Under the pieces are notes generated by a model that was given only the letters and a program-made list of their open reading frames with translations, searched no databases and was not told the origin of the DNA. 64,000 nt of DNA from positions 19,840,001-19,904,000 of the forward strand of contig OZ024759.1 in the NCBI GenBank assembly GCA_964016885.1, written 5' to 3'. The position numbers were made by a program, and so were the translations under genes. Positions 1 to 13,536 of the stretch are shown here, piece after piece (positions within the stretch are counted from its first letter, which is position 1; the number at the start of each line of letters is the position of its first letter). The stretch comes from Eledone cirrhosa. Its lineage: Eukaryota.

Positions 1-161
1 ACCAAAACACTGCTTCTCTAAGTAACTCATGCTTAGCATTGCCTTTTAAACCAGCTACTATTCTATTGCACGAGGAAAGTCAATCACACTTGACCTTCTA
101 AACAACATCGCAGCCTTCTTGGCAAAATCACTACTAACCTCCTTGAATTACTGGTATACAT

Positions 162-492
162 TCATCATCCTTATACCAGTAATTGTTTCTACTTTAGGCA
201 CAAGGCCAGCAATTACCCAGTGCATTACTGGTACTTCATTTTATCGACCCCGTAAGGATGAAAGGCAAAGTCAACCTCGGCAGGATTTGAACTCAGATCG
301 TAAAGGGACGTAACTATGCTGGAAAACATGGCGTCCGACCCTGCTTTCCAGCATAGTTACGTCCCTTTACGATCTGAGTTCAAATCCCGCCGAGATTGAC
401 TACGGGGTCGATAAAATAAAGTACCAGTAATGCACTGGGTAATTGCTGGCTTTGTGCCTAAAGTAGAAACAATTACTGGTATAAGGATGATG
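162..492. mobile_element. Foldback (inverted duplicate) SINE family A insertion
   Basis: 163-324 is the reverse complement of ~345-491. Contains B-box GAGTTCAAATC and GGGGTCGATAAAATAAAGTACCAG. AATTACTGGTATA is directly repeated at 146-158 and 471-483. Confidence 0.85.
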
Positions 493-664
493 GATGTCAT
501 CAGGCTGCAGCTATCAAATTACATAGTTTCTGTAATATATATATATATATACATATATATAATGCCATGTCCTATGGATGACCGAGGACTGCCCACCCAA
601 GGTACTGTTACACAGTTAAGTTCATAATGGCGCACATAATAAGCCATTAAGTACACATACACAC

Positions 665-850
665 ACTGTCAATGTGGTTGGCGTTAGGAAGGGCATCCAG
701 CCATAGAAAACCAGCCAGAAACTCTCCTATATGAGCAAGACATGGTCACCCAACCCAACTTGCTTCTAAATGAGACAAACCCGTCTAACCCATGCAAGCA
801 TGGAAGATAGACGTTAATCGATGATGATGATTATAATGATCATGATGATA
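665..850 (+). mobile_element. SINE family B 3' half
   Basis: GGTTGGCGTTAGGAAGGGCATCCAGC motif, CCGTCTAACCCATGC...GACGTT tail, then (GAT)n. Confidence 0.8.
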
Positions 851-857
851 TATATGT

Positions 858-1075
858 CATCATCATCATCACCGTTTTACATCCATTTTTCCACGCTAGC
901 ATGGGTTAGACAAGTTGTCCTGTTGTGGGCAATGCAAGGTCAGGTGACCATGTCTTGCTCATACAGAACTGATTTTGGTTTGGTTTCTACAGCTGGATGC
1001 CCTTCCTAACACCAACCTCATTTGCAGTGAGTACTGAGTGCTTTTTGTCATGACCCCTACATGACCACCTTACAG
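858..1075 (-). mobile_element. SINE family B 3' half
   Basis: (CAT)n followed by reverse complement of the tail and GCTGGATGCCCTTCCTAAC. Confidence 0.8.
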
Positions 1076-1231
1076 TGAGAGGGGCAAAATGTATACATGT
1101 TTCAACTTTGGCCTGTACCTGCTTCAGCTTTGGTTTGTACCTACTTCAGCTGCAGCATATATGGTGTGTCAACAAGGAATACAATAGAGAACAATACAGT
1201 ACATTGACGAAATATATTAGTTTAACACCTG

Positions 1232-1530
1232 ATCATCATCATCATCATCATCATCGTTTAACGTCTATCTTTCACACTAGCATGGGTTAGACGGGAATTG
1301 TCCCACTTGAGACAAGATTGATCGGGTGACCATGTCTTGCTCGTATATGACTGTATCTGGCAGGTTTTCTACGGCTGGATGCCTTTCCTAACACCAACCA
1401 CATTTACAGTGTGGACTGGGAGCCTTTTTACCATGTTTCCTACATGACCACTTTACAGTGTGGACTGTGTTTTTTTGTCATGACACCTACACGACCTCTT
1501 TAGTTTGGACTGGATGTTGTGGTACCAACA
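1232..1530 (-). mobile_element. SINE family B 3' half
   Basis: (CAT)n CGTTTAACGTC...GCTGGATGCC; internal CACTTTACAGTGTGGACT modules. Confidence 0.8.
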
Positions 1531-2124
1531 TAACATTAAAGAGTCTTAATGTTTCAGAAATTAGTCCTTCATTGAAAGAGAAGACAGAGACAATATTTGG
1601 GAGAGATAAGGAGAACCAGGAAGATGGATGAGCGTAAGAAAAGAAAGAAAACCAGCAAAAAGTCAGATGAAAAGACATGTGTAGTTAGTCTGATAAACTG
1701 GGAAGAAAGCATAAAAGAAAAAAAGGGCAAAGAGAGAATTGAAACTAAACATAAAAAAGAATCTCTAAATTTAAAGGAATTTACGATTGAAGATCAGATA
1801 GTAGTTGTAGTGTATGAGTTCGCTTTTCTTTGGATCCAAGGTTGAAAGAAGTGTGAGTCAAATAGAATTTCAAGATGAAACAGATCTTGGAAAGTCTGGC
1901 GTGAAGGGACTAAAGAAAAATGATAAAAGACAAAGGATTGTCTGCAAGAACAAAGAAGAGATTGTAGAAAAATCGATGGGATCTTCAGTAATAATGTTCT
2001 TGATGAAATAGCTGTGCACTTAAACAAGAAGATGAAAAGAAAATGGATACCATTTCAAACATCGTTCTAGTGAAGATTATTGAGAATTATCATGCACAGG
2101 AAAAGGAATTGATAGATGAGAAAA

Positions 2125-2670
2125 GAAAGAAGTTGATCATCAGCTCAGACCAAGGAAACAATGTTTGTATTGGTCTTTCTATTAATGATACTGTCTCCTG
2201 GTCACAACTCTTGGCTGAAAAGAAGAGTTGATTACCAGGTCAGACCAATGAAACAATGTTTTCACTGGTCTTTCTATTAATAATACTATCTGTTGGTCAC
2301 AACTCTTGGCTGAAAAGAAGAGTTGATCACAAGGTCATATCAACGAAACAATGTTTTCACTGGTCTTTCTATTAATAATACCATCTGTTGGTCACAACTC
2401 TTGGCTGAAAAGAAGAGTTGATCACAAGGCCATATCAACGAAACAATGTTTTCACTGGTCTTTCTATTGCTTATACCATCTGTTGGTCACACTTCCTGGC
2501 AGAAAGGAAAACAGATGATCATCAGGTCAGACCAAGGAAACAATGTTTCTACTGGTCTTTCTATTGCTGATACCATCTGTTGGTCACAACTCCTGGTTGA
2601 AAAACAATGTTTATATTGGTCTTTCTATTGCTTATACCATCTGTTAAAGAAAGAAGCTGATCATCAGATC
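2125..2670 (+). repeat. ~95-bp satellite, about 5 diverged copies (same family as 44115-46895)
   Basis: Recurrent TCAGACCAAGGAAACAATGTTT...TGGTCTTTCTATT...GGTCACAACTC. Confidence 0.85.
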
Positions 2671-2671
2671 A

Positions 2672-3460
2672 GGTTACCAGAACTTCATAGCCTGCTACAT
2701 GTTGCTGTAGTTACCAGGACTTCATAGCCTGCTACATGTTGCTGTAGTTAACAGGAATTCATAGACTCCCACATGTTGCTCTAGTCACCAGGACTTCATA
2801 ACCCGCTACACGTTGCTGTAGTTACCAGGACTTCATAAACCGCTACATGTTTCTGTAGTTACCAGGACTTCATAGCCTGCTACATGTTGCTGTAGTTAAC
2901 AGGAATTCATAGACTCCCACATGTTGCTCTAGTCACCAGGACTTCATAACCCGCTACATGTTGCTGTAGTTACCAGGACTTCATAACCCGCTACATGTTG
3001 CTGTAGTTACCAGGACTTCATAAACCGCTACATGTTTCTGTAGTTACCAGGACTTTATAGCCTGCTACATGTTGCTATAGTTACCAGGGCTCCATAGCCT
3101 GCTACATGTTGCTGTGATTACCGGCACTTCATAGCCTGCTACATATTGCTGTGGTTACCAGGACTTCATAGCCTGCTACATGTTGCTGTGGTTACCGGGA
3201 CTTCATATTCTCTCACATGTTGACTGAATGTTGTATTGCTGTGGTTACTGGGTCTTCATAGTCTGCCACATGTTGCTGTGGTCACCAGTTCTTCATAGCC
3301 TGCTACATGTTGCTCTGGTTACAAGGTCTTCGTAGTCTCCCACTTGTTGCTGTGGTCACCAGGTCTTCATATTCTACATGTTGCTGTAGTTACCGGGACT
3401 TCGTAGCCTGCTACATGTTGCTCTGGTTGCAAGATCTTCAATAGACTCTCACATGTTGCC
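2672..3460. repeat. 37-bp minisatellite, about 20 copies
   Basis: Unit TTACCAGGACTTCATAGCCTGCTACATGTTGCTGTAG; starts at 2711 and 2748. Confidence 0.9.
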
Positions 3461-3599
3461 TGGATGCCATGCATGTAGCTGCTATCGTTGCTTCTGTATT
3501 TAGTGTAGGAGACACACGATGTTTCTGTAGGATCCTATTTCTATTTTCTTTATTAATTAGCAGTGGATTAGATTTGGTTAAACTTGGCAATGTTTACAG

Positions 3600-3639
3600 T
3601 GATGTCATCATACTCATCATTATCATAATTTACCATCTG

Positions 3640-3670
<31 letters not shown>

Positions 3671-4455
3671 CAATATCATCACCATCATCATGCTAATTTC
3701 TCTTCTCCTTCTCATCCACAGTCATCCACTACCATCCATCATCATCCACAGTCATCCACTAACATCCACCACCATCTATCATCATCCACAGTCATCCACT
3801 ACCATCCATCATCATCCACAGTCATCCACTACCATCCACCATCATCCACAGTCATTCACTAACATCCACCACCATCCATCACCATCCACAGTCATCCACT
3901 ACCATCCACATTCATTCACTACCATCCACCACCATCCATCATCATCCACAGTCATCCACTAACATCCACCACCATCCATCATCATCCACAGTCATCCACT
4001 ACCATCCATCATCATCCACAGTCATCCACTAACATCCACCATCATCCACAGTCATTCACTAACATCCACCACCATCCATCACCATCCACAGTCATCCACT
4101 ACCATCCACATTCATTCACTACCATCCACCACCATCCATCATCATCCACAGTCATCCACTACCACCCACAATCATTCACTACCATCCACCACCATCCATC
4201 ATCATCCACAGTCATCCACTACCACCCACTGTCATTCACTACCATCCACTACCATCCACCACCATCCATCATCATCCACTACCATCCACTACCATCCACC
4301 ACCATCCATCATCATCCACTACCATCCACTACCATCCACTACCATCCACCACCATCCATCATCATCCACTACCATCCACCACCATCCACTACCATCCACC
4401 ACCATCCACTACCATCCACTACCATCCACTACCATCCACCATCATCCACTGTCAT
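3600..4455. repeat. Compound (CAT/CCA) low-complexity repeat
   Basis: CCATCCACTACCATCCACCA-like units. Confidence 0.9.
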
Positions 4456-4555
4456 CTGATGAGAGCGTACCAAAGTTTTAATACCTTGCAATATATACAA
4501 TAGAATAAATATGGTTTTATAAATATAGTTTCCATTTATTAATATCATTGATATT
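4456..4555 (+). mobile_element. Degenerate hammerhead-bearing element (family H1)
   Basis: CTGATGAG-stem II-GCAA (GAAA mutated), then the H1 tail TAAATATGGTTTTATAAATATAGTTTCCATTTATTAATATC shared with 12170, 31220 and 31925. Confidence 0.65.
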
Positions 4556-4619
4556 ATACTGTAGAAACTCTGTTATAAATATATTTGTTGAATAACCAAC
4601 AAATTAAATATCTCTTTGC

Positions 4620-4624
4620 TTATA

Positions 4625-4657
<33 letters not shown>

Positions 4658-5522
4658 GTGTGTGTATATATATATGTGTGTGTATATATATATATATGTA
4701 TGTGTATATATATATATATGTGTATATATATATATATATATGTGTATATATATATGTGTGTGTGTGTATATATATATATGTATGTGTATATATATATGTG
4801 TGTGTGTGTATATATATATATATGTGTGTGTATATATATATATGTGTGTGTGTGTATATATATATATATGTATGTGTATATATATATGTGTGTATATATA
4901 TATATATATGTATGTGTATATATATATGTGTGTGTGTGTATATATATATATATGTATGTGTATATATATATATGTGTGTATATATATATATATATGTAAG
5001 TGTATATATATATGTGTGTGTGTATATATATATATATATGTATGTGTATATATATATATATATGTGTGTGTATATATATATATGTATGTGTATATATATA
5101 TGTGTGTGTGTGTATATATATATATATGTATGTGTATATATATATATGTGTGTATATATATATATATATGTAAGTGTATATATATATGTGTGTGTGTATA
5201 TATATATATATATGTATGTGTATATATATATATATATATGTGTGTGTATATATATATATGTATGTGTATATATATATGTGTGTGTGTGTGTATATATATA
5301 TATGTATGTGTATATATATGTGTGTGTATATATATATATGTATGTGTATATATATGTGTGTGTGTGTGTATATATATATATGTATGTGTATATATATGTG
5401 TGTGTGTGTATATATATATATATGTATGTGTATATATATATATATGTGTGTGTGTGTGTATATATATATATATGTATGTGTATATATATATATGTGTGTG
5501 TGTGTATATATATATGTATGTG

Positions 5523-5553
<31 letters not shown>

Positions 5554-5620
5554 ATATATATATGTATGTGTATATATATATATGTGTGTGTATATATATA
5601 TATATGTATGTGTATATATA

Positions 5621-5673
<53 letters not shown>

Positions 5674-7979
5674 ATATACGTGTGTGTGTGTGTATATATA
5701 TATATGTATGTGTATATATATATGTGTGTGTGTATATATATATATATATATGTATGTGTATATATATGTGTGTGTGTGTATATATATATATGTGTAAGTG
5801 TATATATATATGTGTGTATATATATATATATATATGTATGTGTATATATATGTGTGTGTGTGTATATATATATATGTATGTGTATATATATGTGTGTGTG
5901 TATATATATATATATGTATGTGTATATATGTGTGTGTATATATATATATATGTATGTGTATATATATATGTGTGTATATATATATATATATGTGTGTATA
6001 TATATGTGTGTGTGTATATATATATATGTATGTGTATATATATGTGTGTGTGTGTATATATATATATGTGTATATATATATGTGTGTGTGTATATATATA
6101 TGTATGTGTATATATATATGTGTGTGTATATATATATGTATGTGTATATATATATGTGTGTGTGTATATATATATATATGTATATGTATATATGTATGTG
6201 TATACATGTATATATTCATATGGCATGTATGTATGTGTAAGCATGATATATACATGTATACATCTATATGGTGTATATGTATAAGCATGTGTGTGTGGTA
6301 TATACATGTATATGTGTGTATGGTGTATATGTGTGTTTGTAGGGTGTATATATGTATATAAGTGTATGGTGTGTGTATATATATGTGTGTATGGTGTATA
6401 TATATATATTTGTATGGTGTATAGTGTATGTATATATATATATATATGTGTGTGTATGTATGGTGTATATATATATGTATGGTGCATATATATATTTGTA
6501 TGGTGTATATATATATTTGTATAGTGTATGTATATATATACATGTGTATAGTATATATATATATGTGTGTGCATGGTATATTATATGTATAAGGTGTATA
6601 TATATATATGTATATGCATGTGTATATGTGGTATAAAGATGTATATATATATATATATATATATTTCTATACTGTATATGTATACGGTGTATATATATAT
6701 ATATGTATATGTGTATGTATGTGTGTGTGTGGTATATAGATGTATATGTGTGTAAAGCATATATGTACACATATATATGTATATATGTATATATGTATAT
6801 GATGTATGTGTCTGTAAAGCATATATGTACACGTATATATATGCATATGTGTAAGCATTTGTGTGTATATAGATGTACATAGATGTATATGTGTGTATAT
6901 AGATGTATATGTGTGTATATAGATGTATATAGATGTATATGTGTGTATATAGATGTATATGTGTGTATATAGATGTGTGTGTATATATATATATATGTAT
7001 TTGTGTGTATGTAGATGTATATAGATGTATATAGATGTATATCGATGTATATAGATGTTAATATATGTATATGTGTGTATATAGATGTATATATATGTAT
7101 ATATGTGTATGTGTGTATATAGATGTATATGATGCAGATGTGTAAGCATGTGTGCGTGTATGTTATATAGATGTATGTGTGTGTGTACGGTTAGATGTAT
7201 ATATGTATGTGTGTATGTGTATGTTATATGGATGTATATATGTGTGTGTGTAAGGTTAGATGTATGTGTGTAAGCATGTGTGTATGTTATAGATGTATAT
7301 GTGTGTGTAAGGTTAGATGTATGTGTGTAAGCATGTGTGTATGTTATATGGATGTATATGTGTGTGTGTAAGGTTAGATGTATGTGTGTAAGTATGTGTG
7401 TATGTTATATAGATCTATATGTGTGTGTGTGTGGTATATAGGTATATATATGTGTGTGTGGTATATAGCTATATATATATATATGTGTTACATGGATGTA
7501 TATGTGTGTGTATGTTATATAGCTATATATATATGTGTGTGTAGTATATAGCTATATATATATATGTTTGTGTGTGTGTCATATATAGCTATATATATAT
7601 GTGTGTATGTGTGGTATATAGCTACATGTATATGTGTGTGTGTGTGTGGTATATAGCTATATATATATGTGTTTGTGTGTGTGTCGTATATAGCTATATA
7701 TATGTGTGTGTGTGTGTGGTATATAGCTATATATATATGTGTGTGTCGTATATAGCTATATATATGTGTGTGTGTGTGTGTGTAGTATATAGCTATATAT
7801 ATATGTGTGTGTGGTATATAGCTATATATATATATATATATGTGTGTGTGGTATATAGCTATATATATATATATATATATATTTGTGTGTGTGTCATATA
7901 TAGCTATATATATATATGTGTGTGTGTGTGGTATATAGCTACATATATATGTGTGTGTGTGTGTGTGGTATATAGCTAC

Positions 7980-8010
<31 letters not shown>
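4620..8010. repeat. (TA)n/(TG)n compound microsatellite
   Basis: Direct inspection. Confidence 0.95.
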
Positions 8011-8011
<1 letters not shown>

Positions 8012-8164
8012 TTATCTGTATCACCCTGTCCCCTCTCACCATCCGTTATATCATATGTGATATATATTAAGATATATATGACAATTACAACATATTGTCA
8101 GTGAGATAATGATAATATCATACACCATATCATATTACATGATATTACATGGCACCATACTGCA

Positions 8165-9300
8165 TAATACCACACCACACTGCACCACACCACACTGCAC
8201 CACACTACACCACACTACATCACACCACACTATACCACACCACACACCACACCGCATTATACCACACCACACACCACACCGCACTATACCAAACCACACA
8301 ACACTGCACCACACCGCACCACACTACATCACACCACACTACATCACAATAGCACACTATACCACACCACACACCACACCACACCACATAACACCACACC
8401 ACATTACACCACACCACACCACACCACACAACACCACACCACATTACACCACACCACACCACACCACACCACATTACACCACACCACACCACACCACACC
8501 ACATAACACCACACCACATTACACCACACCACACCACACCACATTACACCACACCACACCACACAACACCACACCACATTACACCACACCACACAACACC
8601 ACACCACATTACACCACACCACACCACACCACACCACATTACACCACACCACACTACATTACATTACATCACACCACACCACACCACACCACATTACACC
8701 ACACCACACTACATTACATTACATCACACCACACCACACCACACCACATTACACCACACCACACTACATTACATTACATCACACCACACCACACCACACC
8801 ACATTACACCACACCACACTACATTACATTACATCACACCACACCACACCACACCACATTACACCACACCACACTACATTACATTACATCACACCACACC
8901 ACACCACACCACATTACACCACACCACACTACATTACATTACATCACACCACATCACACCACACCACACCACACCACATTACATTACATTACATCACACC
9001 ACACCACATTACACCACACCGCACCACACCACACTACACCACACCGCACCACACCACACCACACTACACCACACCACACCACACTACACCACACCACACC
9101 ACACTACACCACACCACACTGCACCACACCACACCACACTGCACCACACCACACCACTCCACACCACACTACACCACACCACACTACACCACACCGCACC
9201 ACACCACACCGCACCGCACCACACTACACCACACCACACCACACTACACCCACCTCACCACACTACACCACACTACACCACACCACACCACACTACACAA
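8165..9300. repeat. (CACCA)n pentanucleotide repeat
   Basis: CACCA/CACTA/CATTA units. Confidence 0.95.
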
Positions 9301-9334
9301 CCATGTAGTGTGGTGGATTGTGAGATGTGTAGTA

Positions 9335-9665
9335 TAGTCCACAGTATAATGTGGTGTTGTGTCTGCTGGCTACAGTATGGTATGTAGTTGTGTAATGTAC
9401 AATGTAGTATAGTCTACAGTATAATGTAGTGTTGGGTCTGCTGGCTGCAGTATATGTTGTAGTGTAGTGTACAGTATACAATACAGTATAATGTGGTATT
9501 GGGTCTGCTGGCTACAGTATGGTGGTTTATGTTGTACTATACAATACAGTATAGACCACAGTATAATGTGGTGTTGGGTCTGCTGGCTGCAGTATATGTT
9601 GTAGTGTAGTGTACAGTATAGACCACAGTATAATGTGGTGTTGGGTCTGCTGGCTGCAGTATGGT
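9335..9665. repeat. Diverged ~65-75 bp tandem repeat, about 5 copies
   Basis: Recurrent ACAGTATAATGTGGTGTTGGGTCTGCTGGCT. Confidence 0.75.
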
Positions 9666-9959
9666 GGATTAGTCAACTACAAAGACCAGGACATTTTCTG
9701 AATATCTTTCTACCTTTTCAATTTGCAGCTAGAATGCAGCAATATGAGATGATGCGTTATCTGAGAAGATGCTAATGGTGCACTTTCTTGCAGTACTTGC
9801 AGGCATCATGCATTTATATCTGCATTTGTTTGTCATGTCCTCAATACATCTGCATCTTTCACTGATTATTAGAAAAGGATGTGTGTGTGTATATGTATGT
9901 ATGTGTGTGTGTGTGTGTGTGTGTCTGTATTTATGTGTGTGTATATATATATATATGTA

Positions 9960-9998
<39 letters not shown>

Positions 9999-10129
9999 TA
10001 ATATATATACATGCACACACATATATATAAATATATATATATACACATATATATATATATATATATATATGTATATCATCATCATCATCATCATCTTCGT
10101 TTAACGTCCATTTTCCAAGCTAGCATGTG

Positions 10130-10181
<52 letters not shown>

Positions 10182-10586
10182 TAACATATATAGATATACA
10201 TACATATACACACACATATATATCATCATCATCATCATCATCATACGTCCACTTTTCCCTGCTTGCAAGGGTGGGATGGATATATATATATATATAAATA
10301 TATATGCACATATATATATATATATATATGTATGTATATACATCTATATTTATAAATTAATAATATATATATATACACACACACATATACATATATATTT
10401 ATGTATACATGTGTATGTATGTATATGTGTGTGTACATGTGTATAAATATATATATATATATGTCTGTGTGTTAGTGTGCATGTGTGTGTGGTATCTGTA
10501 TGTGTGTGCGTATATATATGTGTGTGTGTGTTTGCATTGTATGTGTGTGTACTTATATATATTTGTATTGTATATGTGTATATGTA

Positions 10587-10672
<86 letters not shown>

Positions 10673-10807
10673 GACACACACATATATATCTATATATATA
10701 CACACACAGACACACACACACATATATATATATATACACACACACACATATATATCTATATATACACACACAGACACACACATATATATATACACACACA
10801 CCCTCAC

Positions 10808-10838
<31 letters not shown>

Positions 10839-11284
10839 TATATATACATATATATATACACACACACATATATATACATATATATATACACACACACACA
10901 TATACACATGTATACATATATATATATATATATACATGATACATGTAATATAACTTTCTACACAGTAATTCTATCTTCCCTTCCAGCTGTGTATATATGA
11001 AGATCACAGCTAATTCAACATACGCTTCAGTTCACCTAACTCTAGCAAGGAAAAGGGTTCTGGGCAGGGACAGGGGCAATGTTTGGCCTTGTGTGTTATT
11101 TCCTTAATACCAGGAGATCCTAGCTAATGACCCTGAAATCTTCTTTGGGACTTTATCACAGAGCCTTGTGTGTATGTGTACTGTATGTTTACTGTATGTG
11201 TGTTGGATGTTTACTGTATGTGTTGTATGTGTGTTGTATTTGTTCAGTTCATGTACAGATATATTTACCACACTTTGATACAAT

Positions 11285-11311
11285 GATATATATATATATA
11301 TATATCAATCA

Positions 11312-11358
<47 letters not shown>

Positions 11359-11515
11359 TATATATATATCAATCAGTGTATATATATATACATATATATA
11401 TATATCAATCAGTGTATATATATATATACATACATATATATATACAGATATATATATATATATATATATCAATCAGTGTATATATATATATACAGATATA
11501 TATATATATCAATCA

Positions 11516-11558
<43 letters not shown>

Positions 11559-11677
11559 TACATTTATACAGATATATATATATATATCAATCAGTGTATA
11601 TATATATACATACATACATATATATATATATACAGATATATATATATATCAATCAGTGTATATATATATATATATAA

Positions 11678-11724
<47 letters not shown>

Positions 11725-11739
11725 TATATATATCAATCA

Positions 11740-11782
<43 letters not shown>

Positions 11783-11828
11783 TACATACATATATATATA
11801 CAGATATATATATATATATCAATCAGTG

Positions 11829-11860
<32 letters not shown>

Positions 11861-11875
11861 TATATACATATGTAC

Positions 11876-11906
<31 letters not shown>

Positions 11907-11962
11907 CATATGTACATATATATACATATATATATATATATATCAATCAGTGTATATATATA
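11285..11962. repeat. (TA)n array punctuated by CAATCAGTG and CAG
   Basis: Direct inspection. Confidence 0.9.
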
Positions 11963-11963
11963 T

Positions 11964-12149
11964 GGATTGGCAGTGTCGGTAGAGGGTTGGACGCCATGCT
12001 TTGACGCATAGAGTTACGGCCCTTGCTATTCTGAGTTCAAATCCTGCCGAGGTTAACTTTGCCTTTCATCCTTACAGGGTCGATAAAATAAAGTACCAGT
12101 AATGCACGGGGGTAATTGCTGGCCTTGTGCCAAAAGTAGAAACTATTAT
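11964..12149 (+). mobile_element. SINE family A, near full length
   Basis: A-box-like TGGCAGTGTCGG, B-box GAGTTCAAATCC, GCCTTTCATCC...GGTCGATAAAATAAAGTACCAG, end GTAGAAACTATTAT. Confidence 0.85.
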
Positions 12150-12169
12150 ACACATATATATATATATAT

Positions 12170-12308
12170 CAATGATATTAATAAATGGAAACTATATTTA
12201 TGAAACCATATTTATTCTATTATATATATTTCAAGGGTACCAAAACTTTGGTATGCTCTCATCAGAGAAAATACAGAGCTTGTTTTATAAATATTGACAT
12301 ATCCAGGA
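12170..12308 (-). ncRNA. Type I hammerhead ribozyme motif in H1 element
   Basis: Minus strand TATTTTCT-CTGATGA-GAGCATACCAAAGTTTTGGTACCCTT-GAAA-TATAT-ATA-ATAGAATA; stems I and II pair with few mismatches. Confidence 0.7.
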
Positions 12309-12349
12309 ATGAGACCTTAACGGTTCAAGTTTTACCTGGAAAAACTTGA

Positions 12350-12508
12350 CCCCAGTCCTATCATCTCATTTCTTCAGCTGAGTAAACTGGAGCAATATGA
12401 AATACAGAGTCTTGCTCAAGGAAACAACACATCACCCGGTCCGAGAATTGAACTCACAACCTTTTGATTGCAAGCCCAATGCTTTAAACACTAAGCCATG
12501 CACCTTCA
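12350..12508 (-). mobile_element. SINE family B 5' half (tRNA head plus CORE-like domain)
   Basis: Reverse complement of TGGCTTAGTG...GAGTTCAATTC...CCTTGAGCAAGAC...CTCCAGTTTACTCAGCTG. Confidence 0.8.
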
Positions 12509-12529
12509 TCATATATATATATATATATA

Positions 12530-12690
12530 AATGTGGTTGGTGTTAGGAAGGGTATCCAGCTGTAGAAAACCTGCCAGGCAGTCCTATACGAGCGACACAT
12601 GGTCACCTGACCAACCTTGCCTCAAGTGGGACAACTCCCGTCTAACCCATGCTAGCGTGGAAGATGGACGTTAAACGATGATGATGATGA
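12530..12690 (+). mobile_element. SINE family B 3' half
   Basis: TTAGGAAGGGTATCCAGC, tail and (GAT)n. Confidence 0.8.
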
Positions 12691-12790
12691 TATATATACA
12701 CACATGCACATGCACACACACAGAACTATATATATATACATACACACACATACATACATATGTATATATTTACATGTTCATATTTTTCAG

Positions 12791-13131
12791 TGTCATTCTG
12801 GGATGAGAATTGGTTCATCAAGGAAGGATTTGATACCAAATCGGAGAAAATGAAGGAGGCTCTGCTGTTAGATATGATTGACCTCCACCCAAATGTTCGG
12901 TGCTCTGCCATTTTTAAAGCTGCCAGCATCGGTATTCTGTACCTAGCCTCTGCCGTTCACCAACAGCACGACAATATAAAATGTGCTGGGGATGGGTCAC
13001 AAAACCCTCCTGCTGCATGTTTACCCAGCAACATACTTGAAGCTTTACAATGTATTTTGGCTGATCCGAATGAGGATGTGAAAATATCTGCAGCTCTCAC
13101 CTTATTTTGCCTTCATCAAGGAAATGAAACG
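12791..13131 (+). CDS. Internal coding exon (341 bp) of a HEAT-repeat protein, HEATR4-like
   Basis: Acceptor TATTTTTCAG|, donor ACG|GTAAGA, open frame. Complex peptide WDENWFIK...DMIDLHPNVRCSAI...LPSNILEALQCILADPNEDVKISAALTLFCL has HEAT pattern L..D....V+..AA. The HEATR4 resemblance is from recall and unverified. Confidence 0.75.
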
Positions 13132-13376
13132 GTAAGATTTATATATTTTGTTGTTCGTTGTTTTTTTTTTTTTTCTTTTGTTGTTTTTTTCTTTTGTTGT
13201 TGTTGCTGTTGTTCCTTACCTTTTATTTCAGGTTTCAGATTAGTCCCATTTAATCCTGTAGATCAATCAGATTATATTTTGCTGTTGTAATTTACTAACA
13301 ATTATTTGTTTTGTTGTCTGCATTTGGAGATTATTTCCGTTCTGTTTGTTTCTATTTTTTAAAGTATAATTTCTTT

Positions 13377-13536
13377 AGGCAGTGAATTGGCACAGTCTTT
13401 AAAATGTCGGATAGAATGCTTTGTACTATTAATTTCGACTCTCTACTCTCTGTGTTCAAATCCTGCTGAGGTCAACTTTGCCTTTCATCCATTCAAGGTC
13501 GATAAAAAAAGTACCAGTCTAGTACTGGGGTTGATT
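13377..13536 (+). mobile_element. SINE family A, diverged
   Basis: GGCAGTGAATTGGCA...GTTCAAATCC...GCCTTTCATCC...GGTCGATAAAA. Confidence 0.75.

Noticed and set aside
1540-2120. K/E-rich short ORFs, possible decayed gene or transposase
   Set aside because: Multiple stops, no recognisable motif, and purine-rich composition is a sufficient explanation.
9729-9880. Possible exon after TTTGCAG
   Set aside because: All three plus frames stop within about 50 nt and there is no recognisable homology. A short terminal or non-coding exon cannot be excluded.
4573-11982. Long Y/I/H/T/C/V-rich ORFs (also 23700-28900, 48600 and 54700-56800)
   Set aside because: These are translations of (TA)n/(TG)n microsatellites, which lack stop codons.
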